DNA of 64,000 bases from Pedococcus sp. (GTDB lineage: Bacteria > Actinomycetota > Actinomycetes > Actinomycetales > Dermatophilaceae), in the NCBI GenBank assembly GCA_039916625.1, contig JBDSKZ010000027.1, positions 5,497-69,496 of the forward strand, read 5' to 3'. The notes below the pieces were generated by a model, which saw only the letters and a program-made list of their open reading frames with translations, ran no database searches and had not been told where the DNA came from. The position numbers and the translations under genes are program-made. Of this stretch, positions 38,436 to 47,106 are shown piece by piece; positions within the stretch are counted from its first letter, which is position 1; each line of letters begins with the position of its first letter.

Positions 38436-41400
38436 CAGAGCTCCTCCTCCCACGGTGCGCGTTGCAGCGGGACGTCCACGGCGACCGCGCGGCCCTCGGG
38501 TGCGTTGGCGAGGGCGTCCGCGGCGACGACGAGGTCCAGGGACACCCGCTTGCCACGTGCGCCCGCGTCGAGCAGGACGACGGCACGCCCGAGCCCGGGT
38601 CCGCGGATGATGCGGGTGATCCCGGCCGCAGGGAGCGAACCCGCTGGTGCCGCAGCGGTGCTCGCCTTCAGCGACAGCCAGTCCGTCGGTCGCGCGGCCC
38701 ACCAGTGGTGGGTCGGGTCGACCGAGTCGATGGGACCCTGCACCTTGGTCGGCATCAGCCGCGACCGCCACAGCGTCTCGCTGCACTCCACGACCAGGGC
38801 CAGGGGCTCCGGGAGGGTGTCCGTCGACCAGAGCACCTGGACGACGGGGGCGCCGGGGGTCTGCGGGACGGTGAGCCCGGCGGCCTGGAAGGCGGTGTCG
38901 AGCTGGTCACCGGTGGGCGCGTCAGGCAGGGCCGCGAGGGGGGCGACGGCGGGGACGACGGTATGGCGCCAGCGCGCCTCCCGCAGCAGGCCCGCCAGCT
39001 GCCCGACCGTGCCGAACGCACTGGTGGTGAAGCCGATCCGGTGGACGAGGGCCCGGGCGTCGGCCGGGGCGCCCTTGGGGACGGCATGGATGTCGATGAG
39101 GTAGTCGGTGAGGGGTTCGAGGTCGTAGGGGAGCTCGAGGACATCGTGGTGGGTGCGCTCGCCGGAGACGTCGATGCACTGCTGCCCCTGACCGAGCACC
39201 TCGACGACGGCCTCCTCCCACGGTGTCGCCACGGCCAGGCCCAGCGCCTCCTTGAGGAACACCCCGTCGACCACGAGGGGCACGGTGAAGGCACCGCCGG
39301 GAGCGCCTCCGCCGGGTGGCACCGGGTGCTTGCCCGACGCCGCGAGGACGATCACTCGCAGCTCCTTGCCGTAGGCGTCGAAGAGGGCGGAGACGTTCTG
39401 GGTGGCCAGGGCGATCCGGATCGGCTCGTCGCACAGCACCCCGACGTCGTCCATCCCGGGGGCAGAGGCGAGCAGCCACGGTGACAGGTCCTTGGGCGAC
39501 TCGTCGGCTCCATCGGCCCCGAACCGGTACGTGTCGGTGTGGCCGCCGTCCCAGCTGGGCGCGACCGTGGGCTCGGCGTCCTTCTTGACCGAGGCCGCCC
39601 GCCAGCTGACGGTGACGGTGTAGGCGCGACCGGGCACCAGCAGGGCGTGGTCGTCGGGGTCCTGCGCCAGTGCGGTGGAGATGGCCTCCTGCTCGCTCGT
39701 GACGACCGACGTGTCCCACTCCCACCGCGTCGCCTCGCTCGTGACCACACCCGTCATCGCGACCAGGTAGAACGCTGGAGGCTGCTGGTCCTTCGCGAAC
39801 CGCGCTGGTTCCCAACCGATCTCGATGGTGGCGACATCCACCAGGTCACGGGAGTCGACGAGGGCGAGCGCCTGCGGCCACGTGGCACGCGCCGCGACGC
39901 GCGCGGCGACCTGCCCGGCCCGGCACACGGGGTCGGCCCAGGGCCCGTCGCCGTCCATCCACGTCGCGGGCAGCGGGTTGTCGGGGCCGACCCGGTCCTG
40001 GAAGGTCAGGCCCCGCTGGTCGACCACCTGTCCCTTGGCGTCGAGCCAGCGCACCACGAGCCGCTCGGCGAAGACCTCCTCCGGGACGAGCAACAGCAGC
40101 GTCAGGTCGCCGGCGCCTCCTCCGGGCGTGACGCGCACGGTGTCGCGCAGGTCGCCAGGGGTGAACTTCAGCCGGTCCCATGCCTGCTTGACCCGCTCCA
40201 TGTCGGGCTCGGTGCCCCGCGGCGCCGGCTCGTCGGAGTCGAGGACGGGCGAGCGCAGGACCCGCCCCTCGCAGCCCAGCCCTACGACGGCTCCGCGACC
40301 CACGGCCATACCCGCTGCCAGCCCTGCGGCCGGCCCCACCGCTGCACCCACAGCCACGCTCAGCGCCGGGTCCCATCCCTGCGCCAGCCGCACGGCCTGC
40401 ACGTCGCCGAGGCTGGCGCCGTCGGCCAGGGCCGAGACGACCTCGTCCCAGGCGCGTTCGTCGCTGGCCGTGGTGCGGTGGGAGAAGGTCGAACCGGCCG
40501 TGGCGACCCACTGCTTGAGCGGGTTGGGCTGCGGCCGGGCCGGGCCGCGCTCGCAACAGCGGACCGCGTCGCCGATGACGACGGCGGGGCTGGTGCCCTG
40601 CAGGAGGTCGATGGCCGGGTCGTCGGTGCGCCAGGCCTCGGTGACGTCGCAGTCGGCGTGGACCGGGCGGGTGCGCAGCGTGTCCGGGGGGTCCGGCCAC
40701 GCGATGCCGGTGAGGTGCCAGCCGACGGTGCTCGGGCCGGGCGCCTTGTGGTCGAACGTCCAGAGCACCGGTGCCGGCGGCGCGGCCGGGTTGCAGACGG
40801 TCCCCCAGCGGTCGGTGACGCTCGTGGTCAGCGCCTCGCCGTAGGGCAGCGCGCGGCTGAACGGCGTGGGCAGCCAGTTGAGCAGCGCGAGCGCTGGTCC
40901 CGAGGACGGGTCGGCCGGTGAGGTCTGCTTCCACCACGAGCTCGGCGTCTTGCCGGTGGGCGGGGTCGGCTGGAGGTCACCGGTGAGGGTGACCGACGTG
41001 ATCTCGTAGGTCCACCAACGGTCCCCGAGCCGCACCCAAGGCCGCGCGCCGCTGTTGCCGAGCGGCGTACCCCCCATCACGGTGCCACCCAGGGACGGCG
41101 CGGTGTTGAAGAGCACGACCGGTATGGCGTCGAGCGGCACCGTGGGCGGAGCGCCGCTCACCCCGGTCCGGAGTGCGTCGGCGAGCTTGCCGTCGATGGC
41201 GCGCTCCCCGCCGGTACCCTCCACGAGGGCCGGTGAGCGGGAGACCAGGCTGACGCCGGCCACGAGCGGCGGCGGGGTGAGGGTCTCGCTCGGCTGGGTG
41301 CCGATGGTGAGCGAGACACAGCCCTTGACGCTGAAGAAGAAGAAGTCGACCTCGCCGCACACCTCGCCGTGGACGTAGGTGATGTCGGGGCTGGTCGGTG

Positions 41401-44400
41401 TCGTGCGCCCGACGAGCACATCGAGCTCGGCGCTGGCGCCGATGCTGATGATGAACAGCCGCAGCTCGCCGCGCACGTAGATCTTGCCGGCGAGGAAGAA
41501 CGGGTCGAAGCCCAGGATCGCGTCGAACCCACCCGCGACCTCGAGGTAGAGGCCGACCGCCTTGCTGCCCATCAGGACGCAGCTGATGTGGAAGCCGGTG
41601 GCGATCGCCATCCCCCCGGTGACGGGCGGCAGCACCGGGATGTTGATGCCGTTGCCGTGGACCATGAGGTAGCCACTGCCGCTGATGACGTCGAGCACCT
41701 CGATCGTCACGCGGTCCTCGTAGGAACCGAGGTCGACCAGCCAGTTCTGCGGGTTGCGGGTGTCGAAGAACGCGGTGACGGGCACCCGGATCTTGAGCAG
41801 GCTCTTGATCTCGTAGGCCGCGACGATGCCGAGGGTGATCGTTCCCCGGCCGAAGTCGATGTCGAGCACGGCGAGGAAGGTCGCGCTCTGGCTGGCGTCC
41901 TTGAGCACCGGCGGGAGCTTGAGGACGTCGGCCTTCATGACGAGCAGCAGCCGCGGCCCGGGCACCTCGATCAGCACGATGCCCTTGAGGTTGACGACGA
42001 ACCCACCGTCGACGGTGCCGAGCAGCATGCCCGCGGCGAAGGCATACGAGCCGGCGGTGTGGGTCCACCCGTCCGGGTGCATGACGTGGCCGCGCTCGAG
42101 CTGCGCCTGCAGCCAGTCGAGGGCGGGAACCGGGCGCGACGCGTACGGGGACTCGTCGCGGGCGTAGTTGATGCCCACCCCGCCGAGGAAGCCGTAGATG
42201 CCCAGTCCGGAGCTGCCGAGCAGGAGCGGGACGGGCAGCTCCACCTCGGCGCCGATGAGCACGCCGGTGACGCCGTTGCGCGTCTCGACGGCGAGGACCG
42301 CGCTCGCACGCAGGTTGATCGGGGTGACGGTGAGGTCGAAGTAGCCCTTGAACCCGAGGGGGGTGAACTCCAAGGATCCCCTGCCGTGCAACGTCCCGGG
42401 CACCTCGATGGAGGCAGCGAGCTTGGTCAGGCTGAGCTCGAACGGCCCGTCGATCCGTGCCCTGATGCGGACCGTCTCGACGGTGACGATGCCGAGGTCG
42501 AGGCCCAGGCCGACCTCGACCTCCATGTAGGTCGGGTTGTCGCGGCTCACGCGGAAGCCGAGGACGCGCAGCAGCTCGTCGAGCGGCGGGCTCGCGGTGA
42601 GGGCGCCCGCGGGGATGTCGAGGCTGTAGCCCCTGCTCGGGTCGAAGACCGGGACCGGCAGGTAGTCGACGTGCCCGGGGTTGGCGGGGTCGGGCGCGGT
42701 GTCCCACGAGGAGCGGACGCCGACCGCCTTGTAGCGCGTGGTGACCGGGTGCTCGGGGTTGACCCGCACGATGGTCAGGTCGAAGGTGAAGGTCACCTCG
42801 ATGTCGAGCAGGATGCTCACGGTCGTGCCGCGCGGGTCGACGGGCGCGGAGCCGTCGGGGGCGATCACGCCCTGGCTGACGACGAGCTCGCCGCCACGCA
42901 GGATGATCTTCTGGGTGTTGATGAGACTGCTGGCGCCCAGGGCGATGCTGCCGAGGGACACCAGTGCCCCGGCGGCCGGCGACAGCTCGGCTGCAGCGGA
43001 GCTGAGGGGCGCGAGGATGCTGAGCGCGCCGAGCACGTTGAGGGCGTTCGGGTTGGAGTGCGCGAGGTCCATCTGGGCCAGGCCGTCGAGGTCGGACTCT
43101 GCGGCCCGGAACTCGGCGCTGACCAGCCACGAGTCGCGGTCCTCGGCGATCCTCAGCCGCACGAGGAAGGTGCAGATGCCATCGCCCGCGTTGCGGGTGC
43201 CCTGTCGTAGTGCGGGCTGGGAGTGCCGACGCAGCGCGGTCTCCGCTGCGGTCTCGATGTCGAACTCGCCGTACACCTCGGCCCGGATGAAGGTGCTGCG
43301 CAGCAGCTCGACTCGGACCCCGATCTTGCGGAAGCAGTCCGGCCTGCCGCCGGTCGGCGGAGTCCGGTCCACCTCCCTGGCGGGTGGTCGGACGACACGC
43401 TCGACCCGGGCGGTGATGGTCTCCTCGCCGTTGCCCGCGGTGGCGGCGCGGGCCCGCCACCACGCGCCACTGCCTGCGGCAGGCGGCGGGGACGTGCCCT
43501 CGACCGAGGTGGTCCGCGCCCTGGCCAGGCTGAACCCGTCGGCCGACCCCGCGGTGACGTTCGTGAAGCCCTTGCTGCGCAACAGGTCGACCATCACGTC
43601 GCGGCGGCGCTCGCTGAGCTTGCGGTTGTACTCCACGTCAGTCGGGGTGTCGTGTTGTGCGCCCTCCCAGGACGCGTAGCCCTTGACGGTCAGGGCCGCG
43701 CCCGCACCGATCTGCGCGATGACGGTTGGGGTCAGGGCCTGCGTGAGCGGCGGAGCGCCACTGCGTGTCGAGGGGCCGGAGGCCTGCCCCGAGCTGACGT
43801 TGGCGGGGCTCGTCGCCCAGGTGTGCAGGGCGCCGGAGAGGTTGGGGTTGAACGGGTCTGGTTGGGCGAACAGGTAGTAGGCGTCGATGACCTGGGGCTG
43901 GGTTGCCGGCAGCGTGGCAGTGACCTCCACCCGCGCGCCAGCCGCCACGGGTACCTCCGCCTCGGCGGACGGACCGGCCGACCCGCCCGCCCAGGACCAG
44001 TTGGCCGGGACCGGTGGGTCGGTGGTCAGCCGCACGTGTGTCGCTGTCTCCGACACCCTGCGGATCGCATGTGGCCTGGTGTTCGTCGGTGTCACGGTGA
44101 CCGTGGACCCGCCGCTGCCCGTGCCGCTCGGGTCGGTGCGCCGCATAGCGCTGAACGTGCGGGTGGTGGGGTTGCCGGCGCCGTCGGTCGCGGTGACCGT
44201 GATGGTCAGGCTGCCGGTGGCGGGGACGGTGAGCTCGACCCGGTCGTCGGTGGTGACCGTGCCGTCGATGTTGATGCCGATGGTGATCGGGGCAAGGCCG
44301 CCAGCGGTGTCGACGAAGAGGGTGGCGTGCTCGGGCACCTGGGCGGCCCCGGTGCCGGGGTCGCCGATCCACTCCCCCGACGCCGTCCGGAAGCTCACCG

Positions 44401-45223
44401 TCAGGGTCGGTGTCCCGCCCCGGTTGACCACCTCCGCCTCGAAGATGCCGGTGACGCCCGCATGGACACCCAGGCCGATCCACAGGTCGCGGACGCCGGC
44501 GCTGACGGCGACACCCTGCAGGCCGGTGGGGGCGACGAACAGGCGGGCCTCCGGGAGCCAGAACCCCTGCCAGTCGGCCGGCATCGCCCGCGCCTGCGCC
44601 GGGACACCCGGTCCCGCCGTCCCGGAGAGGTCGAGCACCGCGGTGCGGAAGGCGAAGCCGACCACGTCGGAGGGGCCGACGAGGGCGTGGGGCGGGTTCA
44701 TGGAGATGAGCTCGTAGATGTGTTCGACCGGGGTTCCACCGGTGGCTGCGGACAGGAGCTCGACGCCGACGGACCGGCCGCTCAGCTGCTTGGCCCGGAT
44801 CCGCAGCGCCGGCAGGGTGAAGGTCACCGGCAGGCCGTTGGCGTGCAGCTGCCCCTGTCCGTCGAGCTCCGCGCCGCGCAGGAACGGCAGGCGCACCAGG
44901 CAGATCGGCACGCCCAGGGTCACCCGCCAGCCGCCGTCCCCGACCCCACCCGTCTGGTGCAGCGCGAGCTCCACGCTGACGGTCGGGTCGGGGAACTCGA
45001 TGGGCGTCGTGCTCGTCGAGCCGCCGCTGCCGAACCCGCCCGAGCCCGGGTCCAGGGTGATGGGGCTCGGCCACGTCCCGCTGGCCGTGTAGACGTGCCA
45101 GGTGCCGTCGTCGTCGGTCTGCAGGCCGTCGTCGGTGGCGGCCAGTCCCTGGAGCAGGGGACGGACCTGGTCCAGCGCGCCGGAGTTCTGCACGCCCGAG
45201 GGGAGCTCGTCCCACAGCGACAC
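38435..45223 (-). CDS. giant hypothetical protein A (~2262 aa) with an internal OmpA/MotB-like peptidoglycan-binding module
   Basis: The frame stays open for 6.8 kb with normal composition. I chose GTG 45223 because GGGAGG lies about 7 nt upstream (revcomp of 45231..45236). The OmpA-like module reads AYYLFAQPDPFNPNLSG...VKGYASWEGAQHDTPTDVEYNRKLSERRRDVMVDLLRSKGF. The rest of the protein has no motif I can name. Confidence 0.75.
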   Translation of the reverse strand: MSLWDELPSGVQNSGALDQVRPLLQGLAATDDGLQTDDDGTWHVYTASGTWPSPITLDPGSGGFGSGGSTSTTPIEFPDPTVSVELALHQTGGVGDGGWRVTLGVPICLVRLPFLRGAELDGQGQLHANGLPVTFTLPALRIRAKQLSGRSVGVELLSAATGGTPVEHIYELISMNPPHALVGPSDVVGFAFRTAVLDLSGTAGPGVPAQARAMPADWQGFWLPEARLFVAPTGLQGVAVSAGVRDLWIGLGVHAGVTGIFEAEVVNRGGTPTLTVSFRTASGEWIGDPGTGAAQVPEHATLFVDTAGGLAPITIGINIDGTVTTDDRVELTVPATGSLTITVTATDGAGNPTTRTFSAMRRTDPSGTGSGGSTVTVTPTNTRPHAIRRVSETATHVRLTTDPPVPANWSWAGGSAGPSAEAEVPVAAGARVEVTATLPATQPQVIDAYYLFAQPDPFNPNLSGALHTWATSPANVSSGQASGPSTRSGAPPLTQALTPTVIAQIGAGAALTVKGYASWEGAQHDTPTDVEYNRKLSERRRDVMVDLLRSKGFTNVTAGSADGFSLARARTTSVEGTSPPPAAGSGAWWRARAATAGNGEETITARVERVVRPPAREVDRTPPTGGRPDCFRKIGVRVELLRSTFIRAEVYGEFDIETAAETALRRHSQPALRQGTRNAGDGICTFLVRLRIAEDRDSWLVSAEFRAAESDLDGLAQMDLAHSNPNALNVLGALSILAPLSSAAAELSPAAGALVSLGSIALGASSLINTQKIILRGGELVVSQGVIAPDGSAPVDPRGTTVSILLDIEVTFTFDLTIVRVNPEHPVTTRYKAVGVRSSWDTAPDPANPGHVDYLPVPVFDPSRGYSLDIPAGALTASPPLDELLRVLGFRVSRDNPTYMEVEVGLGLDLGIVTVETVRIRARIDGPFELSLTKLAASIEVPGTLHGRGSLEFTPLGFKGYFDLTVTPINLRASAVLAVETRNGVTGVLIGAEVELPVPLLLGSSGLGIYGFLGGVGINYARDESPYASRPVPALDWLQAQLERGHVMHPDGWTHTAGSYAFAAGMLLGTVDGGFVVNLKGIVLIEVPGPRLLLVMKADVLKLPPVLKDASQSATFLAVLDIDFGRGTITLGIVAAYEIKSLLKIRVPVTAFFDTRNPQNWLVDLGSYEDRVTIEVLDVISGSGYLMVHGNGINIPVLPPVTGGMAIATGFHISCVLMGSKAVGLYLEVAGGFDAILGFDPFFLAGKIYVRGELRLFIISIGASAELDVLVGRTTPTSPDITYVHGEVCGEVDFFFFSVKGCVSLTIGTQPSETLTPPPLVAGVSLVSRSPALVEGTGGERAIDGKLADALRTGVSGAPPTVPLDAIPVVLFNTAPSLGGTVMGGTPLGNSGARPWVRLGDRWWTYEITSVTLTGDLQPTPPTGKTPSSWWKQTSPADPSSGPALALLNWLPTPFSRALPYGEALTTSVTDRWGTVCNPAAPPAPVLWTFDHKAPGPSTVGWHLTGIAWPDPPDTLRTRPVHADCDVTEAWRTDDPAIDLLQGTSPAVVIGDAVRCCERGPARPQPNPLKQWVATAGSTFSHRTTASDERAWDEVVSALADGASLGDVQAVRLAQGWDPALSVAVGAAVGPAAGLAAGMAVGRGAVVGLGCEGRVLRSPVLDSDEPAPRGTEPDMERVKQAWDRLKFTPGDLRDTVRVTPGGGAGDLTLLLLVPEEVFAERLVVRWLDAKGQVVDQRGLTFQDRVGPDNPLPATWMDGDGPWADPVCRAGQVAARVAARATWPQALALVDSRDLVDVATIEIGWEPARFAKDQQPPAFYLVAMTGVVTSEATRWEWDTSVVTSEQEAISTALAQDPDDHALLVPGRAYTVTVSWRAASVKKDAEPTVAPSWDGGHTDTYRFGADGADESPKDLSPWLLASAPGMDDVGVLCDEPIRIALATQNVSALFDAYGKELRVIVLAASGKHPVPPGGGAPGGAFTVPLVVDGVFLKEALGLAVATPWEEAVVEVLGQGQQCIDVSGERTHHDVLELPYDLEPLTDYLIDIHAVPKGAPADARALVHRIGFTTSAFGTVGQLAGLLREARWRHTVVPAVAPLAALPDAPTGDQLDTAFQAAGLTVPQTPGAPVVQVLWSTDTLPEPLALVVECSETLWRSRLMPTKVQGPIDSVDPTHHWWAARPTDWLSLKASTAAAPAGSLPAAGITRIIRGPGLGRAVVLLDAGARGKRVSLDLVVAADALANAPEGRAVAVDVPLQRAPWEEEL

Positions 45224-45544
45224 GGCACACCTCCCGGCACGGGTGCGGACACGACGACGGGCGCCCTGGCGGGACGTCCCAGAGTGGGTCGGCCGCAGGT
45301 GCCCCCTCGCAGCCAATCCCCAGCGAATACAAGCCAACGATGCTCGTTGCAGGTAACCAGCGCAGAGCATTCCCGGTCAACGACCTGTCACAGAGCCGCC
45401 ACCCTTGCCGCCACAAACATCGACAATCCAGACGCTCGTCCAGGCCGACCGCGCGGGGCGGATGTCGCGGATCGTCAGCGAACGCGTCCCCGCACCTGCT
45501 GTTGGTCGGGGCGGCGCGGGCTCTCCCGGGGGTCTGGGTCGCTC

Positions 45545-46015
45545 CTACCGGAGGTCGGCGCGGGCTCGGGACTCCACCGTGATGGTCACGGAGCCGCCCA
45601 GCGCGGTGAGCAGCCCACCCACCAGTGGCAGGTCGGCCTCCCCCATCAGACGGACCACTGCGGTCTGGCCGTCGGGACTGCCCGTGCCGGCCGTGACCGC
45701 CCACGAGTTCATGCCGACCGGCAGCGGACGCTCGGCGAGGTAGCGCCCTGCGGTGGCGGCAACAGTGGCATCGGTGACGGGGACGGCCCGGTCGATGCCG
45801 TCCTGGTAGGCGCCGAGGTCGAGGGAGTCCGCAGCATCGAGCGCTGCTCCGTCGGCGGCATCGAGCAGGCGCATCCGAGAGAGCTGTGCCGAGGTGACGG
45901 CGACCGTGCCGACGATAAGCAGGATGGCCACGATCGTGTAACCGAGGATGAGGATGCTGACCTGGCCCGCCTCACCTCGACGGGTCAGCGCGCGCCGCCA
46001 CGTGCTCACCGTCAT
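45545..46015 (-). CDS. TadG/Rv3654c-like pilus-assembly (pseudopilin-like) protein
   Basis: MTVSTWRRALTRRGEAGQVSILILGYTIVAILLIVGTVAVTSAQLSRMRLLDAADGAALDAA is the typical TadE/G-like N-terminal helix. The ATG at 46015 overlaps the upstream stop (ATGA). Confidence 0.6.
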   Translation of the reverse strand: MTVSTWRRALTRRGEAGQVSILILGYTIVAILLIVGTVAVTSAQLSRMRLLDAADGAALDAADSLDLGAYQDGIDRAVPVTDATVAATAGRYLAERPLPVGMNSWAVTAGTGSPDGQTAVVRLMGEADLPLVGGLLTALGGSVTITVESRARADLR

Positions 46016-46479
46016 GGCCGGGCCCGGAAGCGGTCGACGACGGCGACATGGCTCGCGGACACGGGCACCTCGAGGGGCACCAGGTCGCGGGCGAACGCCG
46101 GGACGAACGGCAGGGGCACCGTCACGGTCGCCACGACCTCGATCCTGCCCTCGGGTCGCAGACACGGGGTCCCGTCGCAGCCCAGGGTGAGCGCTCCCTG
46201 ACCACCTCCGAAACCCTGGTCCTCGAAGGCGATCCCCGCCGCGGCCATCGCCCGGGGCTCGGCGGACTCCTCCGAGGGCGCCGTGACGAAGACCCGGGCG
46301 GCTTCGCGCGCGGCGGCCGAAGCGGCATACGCCCCCGCCTGCAGGCGGGCCATGGTCATCACGAGGTAGATCAGCGGCACGAGCATGAGGACGCCCAGGA
46401 CGATGAACTCGACCACGGCGCTGCCGCGCTCGTCATGACGGTGGGGGCGGGCCCAGCACCTGCGGACCCCGAGGATCAC
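46012..46479 (-). CDS. TadE-family minor pilin-like protein
   Basis: DERGSAVVEFIVLGVLMLVPLIYLV is the TadE N-terminal motif. The GTG start overlaps the upstream stop (GTGA). Confidence 0.7.
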   Translation of the reverse strand: MILGVRRCWARPHRHDERGSAVVEFIVLGVLMLVPLIYLVMTMARLQAGAYAASAAAREAARVFVTAPSEESAEPRAMAAAGIAFEDQGFGGGQGALTLGCDGTPCLRPEGRIEVVATVTVPLPFVPAFARDLVPLEVPVSASHVAVVDRFRARP

Positions 46480-46880
46480 TGCGACTCCAGGAACGCACGA
46501 CCGACCACGTCCACGCTGCGGTCGGGTCCGAGTGGCCCGAGCACCGGCAGCGGCGCCAACACCCGGACGGACACGACCTGGACGCCACCGGCCTCCGCTG
46601 TGCTCACGCTGACGTGCCCTGCGAAGCGTGCCGACAGCGATGCCGTGATGAGGTCCCGGGTGCGCTGGGCGCCGTCCTCGGGCTCAGCCCCGGCACGCGC
46701 TCCCCACCTGGCGCCCTCGGAGGCGCAGGAGATGAGGGTGTTGCGGATGTGCAGCGCCAGACCGAGCTGGAAGACCGCGACGAACAGCAGGGTGACGAGC
46801 GCGGAGACCATGGCGAAGTCGGCCACGGCAGCCCCCGACTCACGTCCTCCGCGGTCCCCCAGCCCCCTGCACGTCGGCAT
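46476..46880 (-). CDS. TadE-family minor pilin-like protein
   Basis: RESGAAVADFAMVSALVTLLFVAVFQLGLALH is a TadE-like N-terminus. Confidence 0.65.
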   Translation of the reverse strand: MPTCRGLGDRGGRESGAAVADFAMVSALVTLLFVAVFQLGLALHIRNTLISCASEGARWGARAGAEPEDGAQRTRDLITASLSARFAGHVSVSTAEAGGVQVVSVRVLAPLPVLGPLGPDRSVDVVGRAFLESQ

Positions 46881-46883
46881 CGG

Positions 46884-47084
46884 TCAGGGGCCGGAGACGG
46901 TGTTCATCGCGCGGCTGAACAGGGCGCGGAGCTGGTCGTCGGCCACGGTCCAGAGCACAGCCACCAGCCCGGCGGTCATGAGGGTGATCATCACCCAGCC
47001 CGGCACGTCGCCGCGTTCGCCGCGACGCACAGCGCCGTGGAGCGCCCACTGGGCACGGGTCAACGCCTTGGTGAGGACGGTCAT
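46884..47084 (-). CDS. small Flp/DUF4244-like pilin-like protein (66 aa)
   Basis: MTVLTKALTRAQWALHGAVRRGERGDVPGWVMITLMTAGLVAVLWTV has a charged leader followed by a hydrophobic helix. The ATG at 47084 has GAAAGG upstream. It occupies the position between tadC and tadE that flp occupies in the actinobacterial tad loci I recall. Confidence 0.5.
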   Translation of the reverse strand: MTVLTKALTRAQWALHGAVRRGERGDVPGWVMITLMTAGLVAVLWTVADDQLRALFSRAMNTVSGP

Positions 47085-47106
47085 GGGTCTACCTTTCGTC
47101 GAGCCA

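Noticed and set aside
38436-38786. The upstream extension of giant ORF B (the track start at 38786 gives 1373 aa). The 45224..45370 extension of ORF A is a similar case
   Set aside because: The extension overlaps the 3' end of gene A in another frame and is Arg/Pro-rich. An ATG with a strong SD and a TGATG junction at 38435 explains the start. For gene A the extension (MLCAGYLQRASLACIRWG...RRRVRTRAGRC) is junk-like, and GGGAGG-N7-GTG at 45223 is a better start.
40977-43463. An 828-aa same-strand ORF inside giant gene A. Similar cases are 43638..45704 (-), 36655..38586 (-) and 43223..46201 / 41369..43210 / 36930..39104 (+)
   Set aside because: These are out-of-frame or antisense shadows of the giant genes. 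They are extremely Arg/Pro/Gly/His-rich (e.g. RRGRPRRPGRP runs). The chosen frames have balanced composition and a proper SD and start context.
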